A stretch of 64,000 nucleotides of DNA from Paramecium tetraurelia (Eukaryota), in the NCBI GenBank assembly GCA_000165425.1, contig CT868020.1:62001-126000 (forward strand), read 5' to 3'. The notes beneath the pieces were generated by a model. It made no database searches and was not told the DNA's origin. It worked only from the letters and a program-made list of their open reading frames with translations. Below are positions 40,674 through 54,756 of this stretch, one piece after another; position 1 is the first letter of the stretch, and each line of letters starts with the position of its first letter. A program made the position numbers and the translations under genes.

Positions 40674-42491
40674 TCATTCTTCTTTTATAGATTTAATGTA
40701 TGCAACCAAGTTCATTAAGATTTCTTTTGTTTGCATTTTTTTTTTATTATTATCATTTAATTTAATCAATTCATTGTATACCTTAATGAAATTCTAATTC
40801 GCATAAACATCCAATAATTAAGCCTTCAATTGTTCTCTACTATCATAGATAAGTTTAGCCTATTTCTTGATTAATCTCGGCCAATTAAGTTCATATTTCT
40901 TACCATTGTTACTCACCTTAATTGGGTATTGTCTCGCAATAATGTGATCCAGATTCTCATCGGGATCTTCCCTATTCCAAACAACTCCGTGTTTTTCTTT
41001 CATGTGTTTTTTGAATTTTGGATCCACCACCAATTCTCTCATCTCAGTTATCCTATACCCCACCTTCAAATTATAGAGATCCATTTTCAAAGTCTTGAGC
41101 AATAATGGGAATGGCTTCTTTCGATGTACCAAATCTGTCACAAATGTTTTGAATAAGGGATTCATACTTCTTTCGGTTACTCCATATGTCCGTCTTTCTA
41201 ATGATTGCTCATCCACATCATACCCCTTCTCCATAATATTCATCTTCTTCTTCTCCAATTTGAATTTGATTCGATACAAATATGTCCCAATCCTCAGAAT
41301 GTTTGAACCGTATTTTGCATATTCCAGATCTTCGATTAAGATATTCTATAACAATTGTTGGATCTCTTTTCCACAAGTATTCCAAATCTATTCTAAGAAA
41401 TCATTAAATTCTGGATTTTCAAATACATTTAAGAATTGCTAAGTGTTTACATGAGTAACTTAATGTAGATATTCGATATATGATATAAGGGCTCCATTAA
41501 GTTTTAGATTCAGGAATACTGGGTATTCTCTTTGGCACAATGAATACAATTAATCATAACCGATGGCTCCTTTGGTGAATATGCTATCCTCAATTTTTAA
41601 GTGATCCAGACATGGTTTCAAACGAGGGATCGCAAACATCTTTAATATTTCCTTCACTTGCGCTTTTATTGCAATTGATCTTTTCTTTTCGTGTGTTTCT
41701 TTGAAGCATAAGAACAATAGAAGTTCAGGAACAACGATTTATTATTCCTTTAGTAACATCAACACAACCTTGAGTACAAATTAAGGGAATTTTTCGGATT
41801 TCACTTGATCCAAACTTTATCTTTTGTTTTTGAGTTTCTCTTAGAATTCCTGAAAATTTTTGACAATTTAGATTATAACTTCTTTGGATTCTGAGAAATC
41901 AATTTTGTTGAATTGGCTAGATATCTTATCAAAGACTTCGAATTATTTCTGATTCAATTGGCTGGCTAGTTCAAATTTCTTATTTAAGAGTTTTATAGTC
42001 TACAATATGATTTCTTCATCAGTGGTTTCAATCAAACTATCGTACATCTTTTGATAGAGCTCAGACTTTTAATCCAAATTGGCTTTTTATAACATGGTAT
42101 CCAAAATTACCAAGAAGTCCTCCTTGTAAACTATTTCGAATGACATTGAGGAGATCTTCAGAAATACGAAAATAGCTGGCACTGGTCTCTAGAGATATAA
42201 CAATTAGATGAGGTTCTTCCTTATATTCTATTTTAAGGTGTCTTCTCCACTTCTCAACCCATTTTTGACATTCCTTAAAATTTCCTCTGTGTTATAAATT
42301 GGTTCAAAGTTGGTCTTATAGACGTCGTTCAGCCACTGGAGGTAATTAAAATCAATGTTCGCATAAAAGTTTTTCAATTATTAGAAGTCTTATTAATAGG
42401 ACACCAACATCTGATCTTTAACACTATCAATTTCTAAGAGTTAATGAAATTAAGCAAATTTTTGATGCTATTTGACTTCTGATTTTTTCAT
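40674..42491 (-). CDS. Hypothetical helical protein (605 aa, intronless)
   Basis: MKKSEVKQHQKF...; includes ORF-track 40860-41279; ends IKSIKEE-TGA. Confidence 0.8.
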
Positions 42492-42617
42492 TTATATAAT
42501 GAATGCTAAAAATTAGAAAACCTTTCTTCAATTAATTGTACAAAAATTTTAATCCTATTATTATAATATTTTAAATGAGGTTAAATTTTGTTTGTATTAT
42601 ATATTTTATGTCATAGA

Positions 42618-43678
42618 TCATGCCAAGAGTCCCTTTCCATCTTACTATAACCAACTTGGGAAGGAAGCTCTTTGTTTCTTAACTTTAGTGCTTGTCTTTA
42701 AAGCAACCTATTGAGTGAGTTCTGATTTCAATTAGGCAATCAAAGATGAATCAAATTTGCTGAGGTCTCTATTATTATTGATTGCTTCAAGAGCATAGAA
42801 TCTTTAGAAATCAAATTTTTCACTAAAATCTTAATGTAATAGTATTACCCCTCTCTAACGATTGCTCCTGGATATAGATCAATAAATCTGTTGACATTGA
42901 CTTCAAATTGTCTTCTGCCTTCCTCAAGTGGCTATAGAGATAGATTAATATTGAATAAGTACTTAATTGAGCCTTGAATGGTTTAGGAATGTTAGCCAAT
43001 TATTCTTTTGAGTATTCCAATCCCTTGTACATGACTTCATTATAGAAGTATCTATCCCATGAATCAACTCTCAAAAGACCGAAAAAGAGGAACCATTCCA
43101 ATGGTAATAACTTCTACAATATAGTTCCTCTTGCAGTTGGTGTCATGTCACTCATGTAATTTTGATATACGTAATTGTCCCATTCATAAATATTTTCAAC
43201 ACTATCAGCCAATGTACGTTCTCTTGCTTCAGCTTATAACCATTCAGGAGCAGTAGAGCCTCTTACACCTCTTTCTACTTTTGAAAATCTTGCTCTTCTC
43301 TTATTGAACAAAATCCAAGTGTATGGATGGAATCCCTCTCTCTAAATGTGTTCAAATAAGGGGTCTCTTCTCAATTCTCTATCTTAGAATAACACTAAGT
43401 CTTCCATGGCCACTCCTCGATCTAATCCGATATTTCTCATCCATCGGTACAAGAATCTATTGATTGTATTCCAAATCCCTTTACCTTGCAAACAGAGGCT
43501 CAACAAACTTGTAGATTAATCCAGTCCATCCTTATGTGAATAATTTGACGGCTTATAGAGTCATTGCTGGAGTACGTGGTTCAGAGTACCATTTTCTTGG
43601 TGATCCGATTATTCTCTCTCTCTTCAAAGCACGGATATTGACTAATTGTTCATAGACAAGCTTCTCAAGTCGAACCAT
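42618..43678 (-). CDS. Ciliate-specific mitochondrial protein, probably a complex III accessory subunit (UQCRTT1-like)
   Basis: MVRLEKLVYEQLVN...KRRARFSKVERGVRG...YMSDMTP...WDRYFYNE...KFDFQRFYALE; resemblance to the Tetrahymena subunit is from memory and not verified; 3 introns. Confidence 0.65.
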
Positions 43679-43829
43679 TGATGCAAATTAAATCTTTTAT
43701 ATATATATTTATTAATTAATGGATGAAGGGACACTTAATACAATTCAGAATTATTGCAATTATAGGAAATTCAAATCAAATCACTCTAGCAGCAATAGTT
43801 AAATTTACATTAATTTTAATTATTATATT

Positions 43830-44984
43830 TCATTAATTTAATTTCCGCAAAACCCAATGTTTTTGCCTGTCCTCTATTCTTTTAAGAATCATTACTAAAT
43901 ATTTTGTTGGCAACATCCTTTATTATTTTTAGTTTTTGTTTTGCAGCTTAACAAAACCCAATTTATAATCTAATTTATTCATTATTTTATTGAGATCTTC
44001 AAAGCCATATGAAAACGACTTGATCCTCCTCTTCTATCTCAAGACATTCAACTACAAAATTTTTAGACTCTCTCTCAACAAGTTACTTTGAAATTTATTC
44101 ATCAATTCAAAAATAACTGGAGATCGAGGCCTACTCAATTGCATTTATTAGAATGGACCTTTCAACTATCGTATCACCACCTTCCTCAAGCAATGTTGCA
44201 AATGCAAATTGTTTTTCACTCTATTCAAATTTTGTCCATATTCAAATAATTTTGTATTTATTACCCTCACCAAATGTTACGCTGCCTCTCTTTTAGTTAA
44301 TTGCTGTTTCATCGCAATTAAATATTCATTCAATCTATTTTTGTAGATTTTCTCTATTTTTGAACCAAAATGATCAAAAAATATCAGAAGTTGTGTTTGT
44401 TGTGACCAATACTTCAAATACACTTAAAGCAATATTTATTCCTACTTCGTTTTGTTAACAATAATCTTACGCAATTATTCTTACTTTGCATATTCAAGTC
44501 TTTTGTTTACTGAGCTCAGGTTTCTTTATAGTATGAAATATTTGATTTCTTAGAATGAGATGATCATTTTCTTCTTCCTAATATTCTGAATCACCATAAA
44601 CAATAATATCGGTGCATTAGTAGGTTGAATACTCTCGCAATCAACTATTATTTCCTATTTGATGCTTAAATTAGCAAAGGAAATCTTGAACCCTTCACCG
44701 ATGTCACTATTCTCACTTACACCCATCGAACAAACCTCGTCAAAAATATTCCTCTCACAAACTACTGACTCCTTAATCATAATCAAGTCTCTCAAACTTC
44801 TTAATAGAGGTTTTTGCAAAGCTTCTAATAATAATTTTGCTGCAGCATCCTAATGACTCTAATTTGGATTAAAATTCTCTTTGTTCTTTCTGAGCAGCTT
44901 GCTCTGCAAAAATTTATGAGATAGATCCTTAATCTGTCGATTAGCCTTGCTGAAATCAATAGTTCCAATATTTTACAATTTCAT
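43830..44984 (-). CDS. Hypothetical protein
   Basis: MKLQNIGTIDFSKANRQIKD... code-6 frame ending KHWVLRKLNQ-TGA. Confidence 0.7.
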
Positions 44985-45822
44985 TTTTATATTTAAATTA
45001 TATAACGTTAAACATCTCTGAATTAACAAAGTCACTTTTCTGTTTCCTCCCAACACTTCTTAACCTTTTCAGAAATATACATTCTAAAGATGTAAATAAA
45101 AAGAATACATTCCATCAAAAATTATTGAAAAACTCAGATATATTCAACAAAAAAAGGGTCAATCAAAATTTATTAATTTTCTAATATATAAATGAAATAG
45201 AATAACAAATTCTAATTAAGTATTTTCAATTCTCTTAAAAGATTTAATTTGATGAAGGCGAATACAGAAACCCATAAATAATATATTTAGTAATCATTCC
45301 AGACCTGTATGATAATATAAAAGCATATAGAAAAGTATAAATCAAAATTCAATTTTATAATATTTAAAACTCAACAAATCAGAATTCCCATTAATCTTGA
45401 ATTTCAACTAGCTCTATAGTTTCTTAAGGATATATTAATTTATAATATTAGATTCTTATTTATAAATGTGAAATAATTAAGAATTTAAATTGTAAAGTTG
45501 CAAATCCAATCAAACCATCTCACCCAAATACAATATATTTTAGATTATTGAAAATTAGAAATTTCAATTTAAGTCAAAAGTTAAACGTAACCTATCTAAT
45601 AACTAAATCCCATATAAAACATGGTAGATATAAAGTATAATCTACTATATTTCAATATAGAGTTATAAAAAAAAACATCCTTTCTTTTTTTTATGATAAA
45701 TCAACCTTTATTTATCTGAATATATTATTCAATAACATTAATAATCTAAATTATCTATTTTGCAATATTTTTTTGAAATTGATGTAGAATAATTTTAATA
45801 GAAATAAATATTTTATTCAAAA

Positions 45823-47411
45823 TCACTAAGGTTTAAATGGTTACAAGTCAGACAAGATCTCCATATTTGTATATATGCGTACAAGGACATCTATGATTAA
45901 ATGTATTCTTACTCTCTTAATTAAATATTGGCTAATCTTAAGGACCCAGTATTTTTAATGCTCTTCTAAATTAATTATTTTTCTTTAACTCTAAATCGAA
46001 TGTAGTTAATTAATTTAAAGATATGAAAATATCTAAAAATCCTAATTCTTCTTATAATTTGAAATTAACATCTTTTTAGTTGAGTTTTACTAGAATTTGC
46101 ATTAAACCAAACAATAATTTATTAAGAATTTACTGATTGGTAACTATAGTATAATCAGGCTCAATGCGATAGTCACATTTGATTTTAATATTATAAGATG
46201 ATTCATAAAATTGAAATATTTGTTTCATCTTCTTTTAAATTGAACAAGATGAAAGTGTCTTTTTAGTTTGATGAGAAAGTTTATTAATCATTTAAATGTA
46301 TTTAATTTATATTCTACCATATTTACTTTAGTCAAGCTAGGCCTAGTAAGTTAAGGCCATTTAAGATTTCAAGAATTTCGAGAAACTCTTAGAGCAAATT
46401 TAAATCCAAGTACAGAGTTACTCAATTTTTTCTATTTGAGATTTAATGAGTTTAGATTTTTAATCCATTATAATTACAAAAGTCAATTCAGTAACTTGAA
46501 CTTCAGAGAGTTTTACAATAACATTCTAATTTGCAAATTTTTGATGATTTAACACTAATTCCTAATTGTTCATAGAGTTATCTATTGAATACTCTTTAGT
46601 TCTCTTGAATAAAAAGTCTTCAAATTTCATATCATTGAGTTTGTAGTTTCGCAGAAACGCTTTTAAATTATTTTGGTTATTGTTTAAAGGATTGAACTGA
46701 GGAAATTAATTAAAATTGGATTATACAACCTGGAAAGCAAGAGTATTTTGGTCGAAGGTGAAGATGGCAAATGGATTATCAAATAATAATGGGATGAATT
46801 TTTCTACAAAAAACCATAGATATGTTACTTATACCTTTAGAGTAATCCTAGATGACAAATAAGAACGACTGTCGATATTTCTTATTGATCCCTTAAATTA
46901 CAAATATGGCCATGCAGGCTATTAAAATAGTATACAAATAAGTTATTAAAGATAAATCACCATTACTTAACTCAGCTATTAAGATTTTAATTATTAGGTT
47001 ATTAATAATTTAAATTACAGCGTATTTATAATCAGATATTAATATTATAATGATATGTAAGGTCATCATAACTTATCCAAAAATAAAGGATTCTTAAAAA
47101 TCATAACTCTGATTGACAGCAATCTAATACATCATTAAGATATGGTTTATTGTAAACAAATAAAAGTCGATCCATTATTTTTAAAGTTTATTAATGATGA
47201 AGTGCGAAATAATTATGGCTATTCCCAGACCAAGAAATACAAGGGCAAAGCTAAACTATTAAGCAACACTGGAGATAATCGCTCGAATCACACAAATTAT
47301 CAGGCTAATAATACTGATACCTTTGAAAACAGGTAGCATGAATCCTCTTCTAGTTTCTTAGTATTTTAATTCTAGATCTGTTGAATTGAATGTAAGAGTG
47401 AAAGAATTCAT
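45823..47411 (-). CDS. Second multi-TM protein with degenerate histidine-kinase-like tail
   Basis: MNSFTLTFNSTDLELKYQ, about 6 TM helices, IVTNQQILNKLLFGLM and RALKILGP echo the HATPase layout but lack H/N/G boxes; 2 introns. Confidence 0.75.
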
Positions 47412-47866
47412 TCAATTTAATAATATTTTAATCAATTTTTTTAAAGCATATATAATTATTCAATCTTATCTAAATATTACAAGTGTTTCAATTAAGTTTC
47501 TTCAATATCGCTGTCGTATTTCTTCAGGCTAATCTTTGAATGGTCAGCAGAATAACTAAATATGCCATGATTAATACATTTTCTTGGTTTATATTTATTA
47601 TTTCTGTTAATTAAAATTTTAAGTTCTATCTACTATTTTATTTTTAATGGGAGGTAACTTATAATAATAGGAATTTTTGATAGGAGATTTAGAGTTCAGA
47701 TTAATGATTTTTTAAGGACTTTTATTGTTTGATTAATCTTATTGCTTAATAGTAATAAAAAGAATACCAGAATATAGCTATTTTATTTGAGATCAGGGGA
47801 TTGGTTAATTCCATATTTTGAGATGTATGACATTTTACCTTTAAATCGATCCTGAAAACTTATCAT
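47412..47866 (-). CDS. Small hypothetical basic protein
   Basis: MISFQDRFKG...YKLPPIK...LQYLDKIEQLYAL; one 22-nt intron; 3' end uncertain. Confidence 0.5.
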
Positions 47867-47896
47867 TGGAATATTTTATATTTATTAATAATTATA

Positions 47897-49199
47897 TCAG
47901 GAGCATTTATAATCAGTTGTAATAGCTGCGTTATAAGTACACTGTGCTCCTTATTCTATTGATAATTTGCATTACACTTCAGTTTTATCAACACATTTAC
48001 CGGGACCATAACTAAAAAAATAATTGATTCTAGTTGTTGCTGTTGTTATTGGTGTTACTATATTTGCGGTCTTACATGTTTTTGTAGCAGATACGCAAGT
48101 GATTGTTGTTGTAACTTACTTAACAACATCAGTTGCTACTGCAGCACTTTCATCAAATTAATATAATTTGATATCCTTTTCAACAACAACCAAATTTGTG
48201 TCAGTCCAAGTCCATTCTAAAAAGAAACCTGTAAATAAAGTATCTAAATTGATGGTTGCAGCTGTGGTCAAAGAAGTAGTAGGTCTCAAAGCGATAATGT
48301 CTGAAAGAGCATTTCTAATACCGAACTATTCAGCAGCATATGAATAGACTTGCATATATCCATTTGTTGAATAAGTATAACCAATCCAATCAATTCTAAC
48401 TGTGTGCAATTACCCATTGACCTTCAATTCTCTTCTGGAATATGGGCATGATGCAAAATTAATGAAATAATAATTGGTTTGATAATAAGAAGGGGAAAAC
48501 TTGGCAATTCTAAAAAGGGCTATTTCAGCTACTTACCAAATCTTAGGTAGAATTGCTTTCCTCATTGTATAATCAAATCCTACATAATCCTATCATTAAT
48601 TTTATTTAAAGTACCCTAATTAATTGTAATGCTTAATATGTAGTTCTCTCTAAATAGAATGGATGAGAATTTGAAGTATCTATTAATACTTAATAAAATA
48701 AAATATATTTATCCAATATTGCCTCTAACTCTGTTTTCAATGTTGCCGCAGTTTGACTTGCTTCTGGGGATTTCCATGGGTTTATTGTGTATAATGAAAA
48801 CATATTGGCCTCTACAGCAGTCAATGCCCCAACTAGTGTTGAGGTTGAACCAGTTGTTGAAAGGGCTGATCCATCAGTGGTTTTAGAGAAACGAACAAAA
48901 GCAAAATTCAATTTTCCATCTCCCTTATCCACACAAACATTGTCATATTGTAAACTAAACTACTCCAATGAGTCACATTTGGATGATAGAGCACCTGTTG
49001 GGATTCCACTTCCTGAAGGTCCAGACCTGCAAGCTGCTACTTCATTTACCATATAACAAGGTAATGCAACACAAACACCTGTATCTACCTTACAATATCC
49101 TGAATTGTCACAATCACTCGCTACGGCCAGGGAGGCGCAAGGTGTTTCTCCAACATAAACTGATCTTACTGCTGCTAGAAGAACAAAAAAATAAATCAT
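47897..49199 (-). CDS. Secreted/surface Cys-containing protein (Paramecium-type family)
   Basis: Signal peptide MIYFFVLLAAVRS, N- and C-terminal Cys clusters, SHPFYLERTTYQ and YQTNYYFINFA blocks, Thr-rich; ends YKCS-TGA. Confidence 0.8.
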
Positions 49200-51655
49200 T
49201 TAATATTTATTTAATTATATCACGTCATTTAACATATATAGGATGATCTTTAACATTTAAATATTTATATTTCTCTAAATATTTCAATTTCTTCATTTTT
49301 CAAGCCTTTTATTGGTCAAGATGACCAAAAGATTTACCAAAATGTAGGCTACAAAATTGAATAAAAGTAAAGATAATAATATTATTCATAATTAATCTAC
49401 AATTCTCAACGAGCAGAGATTGTAGAATATATTCACTCCCCATGATGTGAAGCTTGTGACTCTATTAAATATACTGAACAATCATAAGAACGTTGATTTT
49501 ATCATTAATTAGCTTCAATATTAAACACTAGAGTAGAATTTCTATCTAATAAATATCATTTAAATTATTTAGGTTGAAACAATTAAGATGAAAGAGATTA
49601 ATAAAAATTTATTTGTACGATGAATAATTTGGTTATCTACCATATCATCTTTAGAGTTGCATTACTTCTAATTCCTAATCTTTAGTTTTCTTATATGTGT
49701 AACAGTAAATAATTATGTCAAATCTATTCTCAAATATAATATTAAACCCCTTTTTTTATTATAGTATGTTGATTAAACTACTAAATTGATATTAATACAA
49801 CTGTTCTCATATTACTATCAAATACACTCAAAGTTTTGGCTAATAAAATTATCTAATAATGAATCAATCTGGAATATGATAATCCTAAGCCCTCTTTAAT
49901 TGTAGATTATTTTTTCTCTGTTTAGTAAGTAGGTTTGTTCCTTCCTTAATATTTATTCCCATTCCTGTTCTTGATTATTCTGACAAATAATACATAAATT
50001 TATTCCTTGGTACATTTTAATCAAAATAATAGAAAAGGATAATCACTAAATATTATTAAATTTAATAAATATATAAATTATATAAATTGTGCAAATAGAA
50101 AAATCTTAAATACAAACTATAATTCTTCTGAATTCCATTTCTTCTTGTTAAAATATGTTAATCATTTTTATGGCTATTAAATCACTTTTTATAAACTTTC
50201 CATTTATCATACATTTTATATTTGACTTTATTTTATAGAATTCATTTAAACATATAATACTATTTTCAATAAATTTAATAATAACCACAGCCCTATGAAT
50301 ATGTCATTATATAAGGGATATAATTTTGTAAAGTTTATAAAAATGATAAATTAATATAATCAAGAAAAATTTCTAATATGATTTTGATTTTATTAGACAA
50401 AAATATTTATTACTATTCATTTTAAAAGAAATTTAATAGTCTCAACACCAAAATTTCATTCCATCTATTGTGAGAGCAATCTCCTTTACTGCTAACAAAA
50501 ATAATTCGTTTGTTAGTAGAAAAATCTATTAAATTAAATTATTGATTTTGATAGCTTAAACTATTCAATAAAAACAATACCATTCAGTATAATTGAAAAA
50601 AAATTATTTAAAGATTCTATTTAGAATGCTTAGATTCTAATTTAAAAATAGAATTCTTTCTATGCATTTCAGAATTCTTTTAATTAAAATATTACAGTTT
50701 AATAAATCTCAATACCAATTACAAAAGTCATACACCTTCATTTAAATTAGTTCAATCATATGGAACTAACAATTAAATCATTATATTTAATATGAACGTC
50801 ATCCTTCGGAAATCAGTTTTAATGTAGAGATTTCTCAGAGTATATTAAATAATCAATATGTATTTGAAGTGTGTGTATTTTTATTGAACTAAGGCAAATT
50901 GAATAAAGATCTATAATCTAATCTTATGGTCTTAATGGATAGATATGAGAAGATGGAGGTGATTTTGCTGCTTGAAATTTAGGTTGCTAAAAAAGAATTT
51001 ATTTTCACTGTTGTGAATAATTAGATATTTATACAGTATTAACTAACTTTTGAAATAAATGTAATATGTCTTAAAAAATAACAATTATTTCAACAGATAT
51101 TTTAATTTTCATTACAAAAATAATAACTATATGACTGATTTAATTATCTATATCAAAAATGTAATTGTTCTTCATGAGATTTATATTCTTCTACAAGTGA
51201 ATTTACATTCTCTAAAGCAATTTTGACTTTAAGTTTACAAAGTTTCAGCAATTATATCAGTTTTCTTTTTATAGAGCAAGTTTAACAACCTCGATTATCA
51301 AAGCAAATTCACTTTAAAATGTAAATATACGAAACACAGTGTTTTAATTTAAGTCAATTTTCGATTTGCTAGCGGACTTTCCAAAAAAAATCTTAATGCT
51401 TCAAATAAAATGTGTTATGTTATTTTCATTTTTATATATAACCTTGTATTTATTGGTTATTATTTGAAAACTTGTTTATAAAGAAGAAGTGGAAATGGAA
51501 AAGGTGTTTAAAGATTATGTTGAAATAGGAATATGATTTTAAATATGTATCATTAATAAAGGAATGCTGAATAAAATTGAATAAAACAAATAAAATTTAA
51601 CATTAAAATAAAGTTCTGTTAAAAAAATAAAATATAAATAATTTTAAGTATTTCC

Positions 51656-52204
51656 ATGTCATACTACAAACCTTTTTACCAAAGTGCCTATGACCGCACA
51701 GCTCCAGTTTATCCACCAAGTTAATATGGTCCTTCATACTACGGTCCTTACGATCGTCCATACTCATATCAATCAAGAGCTCCAATGAGAGGTGAGTAAT
51801 GGTCAGAATATATTCCTGTGGAGCAGAGATACACTGATTATGTACCAGAGACAAAGATTGAATATAGACCTGTAGAGAAACAATACACAGATTATATTGA
51901 AGGTTTGAGAATTAACTTATAATATTTAGTAAAGCATGAGACAGATTATGTACCAGTTCCAAGATTGGAAAAAAGAGTGGAATATATTCCAGTTGACCGA
52001 TACGATGAGCATGTGGATTATGTGCCAGTTTAGAATAGCCATGTTGTGAAAGGACCTTAAAGTAGAGTTGGTTATGGAAGTTAATCATAATATTTACCAC
52101 CACCACCACCTGCTCCTACATCATATTCAAATTATAGATACAGTCCAAGTAGAGTGAGTGGATATCGTCCAGGAGCAACGGGCTACGGCTACAGATACCT
52201 TTGA
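51656..52204 (+). CDS. Epiplasmin (membrane skeleton protein)
   Basis: Central repeats EYIPVEQRYTDYVPETKIEYRPVEKQYTDYIEV...RVEYIPVDRY with P/Y-rich flanks; 1 intron. Confidence 0.88.
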
Positions 52205-52248
52205 TTAATATATTAATTTAGTAATCCGTTTTCGTTAATTTTTTAATA

Positions 52249-53415
52249 ATGTACAAATTCATCGCTTTGGCCTTGATTGTTTCATGTGCAATGGGTATTC
52301 AGAAGGATACAAAGACAGTGTTGGCAGAGATTGATGCTGACAACTTCGGAAACACAATTCTATCAACAGTTCAAATGTATTTACAAGCAAAAGGAAATGC
52401 AGAAGAGATATTGGTTTTATTGAATTAAGTTTTGGCTGGTTTGGTTGATGATTAAAACAAACATGATAATGTTATCAGAGTTGATAGATCTGCTTGCACT
52501 CGTATAGTCACAGATTTAGAAAACTCAATTGCCTATCACACAGCCTAAGTAGCTGCTAATGCTCAAATGAGAGAAGACAACGAAAAGGCATTGGCAGAAG
52601 CTGAAACTGATGTAAGATAAACAATCCAAGTAAATATATGCATATAAAGTAATCAATTAGGATATCGAAAGTAATGAAAGAACCTTCGCTTAAGAAGAAG
52701 CCAACAGAAACAAGGCTCACGAAACCTGGGTTAGAAAGAATGGAGAGCATGATGATGCTATTGCTGCTGTTGATGAAGCAACTAAATTAGTGTAACATCT
52801 TTCTCTTGGTGCTACTTTTGCTGAACTTAAACCAAAAATTGAAGCTGTTAAAAAGAGAATGATTGGAAAGAAAAGTCACGGGGGCTTCTTTTAACCAAAT
52901 GTCACCGCCTTGACTGAATTAGCTACTAAAGTCGATCAAAAAGCCATCTAAAGAATTCTTCAATTGCTTTCATAACTCAGATAACAATTAGTTGAAGCCA
53001 GATCAGTCTTAGAAGTAACTATTAAATTTTATATAATATTCTAGGATACTGAAAACAGATAAGCTTAAAGATGGGCTGAATTCTCCACTCACTTGAGCAA
53101 CGAACACAATAGATTGGTCGATAGAAAGAATCAATTGGAATAATCCATCCAAACTTTCAAGACCAACATTGACACTGCCACTCATTTCTACGAAGTCCAT
53201 CAAGTAAGTTTTATTATTTATGTCTTAAATAGTTGGAATTAGAATAAGCTCAAGAGACTCTTGATGCTGAACATGAATGGTGTGCTCTCCAAGAATCCAC
53301 TTATGAAACTTAAACCACCGAAAGATAAAGACAATAAGAAGTTGTTGATAGAATCTTGGAACATTTAACTGAAAAATTAACTGCTACCTCCCAATATCTT
53401 GGTGGCAGATTCTGA
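52249..53415 (+). CDS. Trichocyst matrix protein, T4-like
   Basis: Signal peptide; DNFGNTILSTVQ, IAYHTAQV, TWVRKNGEH, LTELATKVDQKAIQRILQLLSQLRQQLV; 3 introns. Confidence 0.92.
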
Positions 53416-53508
53416 GATTTTATCATAAATATTAAACATTAATAAGGGACAACATTATTAATCATTTATATAATTATTATACAATGTACTATATGTATAA
53501 AATATTTT

Positions 53509-54048
53509 TCATTGACCAATTAAGGCTGATGCTGTCTTTGAAACACTAAACATTTATTAATATTGCTTACTATTTCCAATTTGATGGCAATTTTTATGTT
53601 CTTCTGTAATATCTACTCAATCTGTGAATTCTGCTCTCAACCAAAATCAATCTGAATTTGCTTGTAATATCACCTCTATTCTTTTCCAAATGCTTTCTAA
53701 TTTGCACAGCCTTCTTGATCAAAGCGTACAAGTCCTCTGGAATCTTTGGTGCACAACCTTTAGGTTATTCTACCTTTGATTACCTCTCTTCTTTAAGATT
53801 CTCAAGATCTTTTGTCCAGTCAAGAATCTGGTTTATGGAATTCCTTGTTGATCTCTCAAGTAAACACCAATTTGTGATCCATTCAAACCTCAAATTACTA
53901 TGATTTCGCTACCCTTCTTGGCCAAATTGACGATTTGATCAACAATTGACTTTGATGAAAGAGTCAACCATTTTGGAGCTTTTCTCTTGTATGGAAGGGC
54001 CGATCCAGAGATACCCTTTCCCTTTCCCTTGGCTTACATACGTCCCAT
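53509..54048 (-). CDS. RPS13: 40S ribosomal protein S13 (uS15)
   Basis: [22 protein letters not shown]...[12 protein letters not shown]...[18 protein letters not shown]; 3 introns. Confidence 0.98.
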
Positions 54049-54103
54049 TAATAATTTAAAGATTTAATTTTATTTTAAATTTTATCCATTAAATGATTAA
54101 AAT

Positions 54104-54599
54104 TCACTCATGTTTGTAGAATACCTTGGGCTTCTCAATTGAGTTGCTTTTCTATTTATGAATGCATACATTCCATGATGCCATAATGAGGGTTCAAAAT
54201 TATTATCATCATCAATGAAGAAGAACTTCTTGTCCAACTCGGGAACGTCGAACTTATTCTCCCAAATGGGTGCTCCATCAAGTACCTTCCCAATCTCTCC
54301 TTGAACATTTCTCTAATAAATCGATGCTGCTGCTATTCTAATTTGAATTGTGATCAAATTACCTTGACCCCAAAAATACTGCACCGACAATTCCTGCCTT
54401 GAAATAAATTGCCAACTTCTTAGCAACTGGGATACGATTGACTGCCTCTAAACTCAAATATGTCGAAATTAGAGATGCCTTATTCTAAAAGCTTCCCACT
54501 CCATTCACCAATGAAGTCACCTTATCCTAAGTCTAGGTTGGTACAAGAGATGTGTGGGTCCACCAAGTTTTATTATTTTAGGAAAGAATTGATGTACAT
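54104..54599 (-). CDS. Small membrane protein, possibly a ciliate-specific mitochondrial complex subunit
   Basis: WWTHTSLVP, hydrophobic segment AIYFKAGIVGAVFLG, C-terminal PIWENKFDVPELDKKFFFIDDDNNFEPSLWHHG; 2 introns; mitochondrial role is a guess. Confidence 0.6.
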
Positions 54600-54756
54600 T
54601 AATTTATTTATTATAATCTAAAGCCTATTAGCAAGAATTCACTTATTATCTTAAGGTTATTAATATGCAATAATCAATTATATTAAATTCAAATGTTACA
54701 CCATTTTTAAACATCTGAATTTGTACTTTTGCATACAATTATTAATAATATATTTA

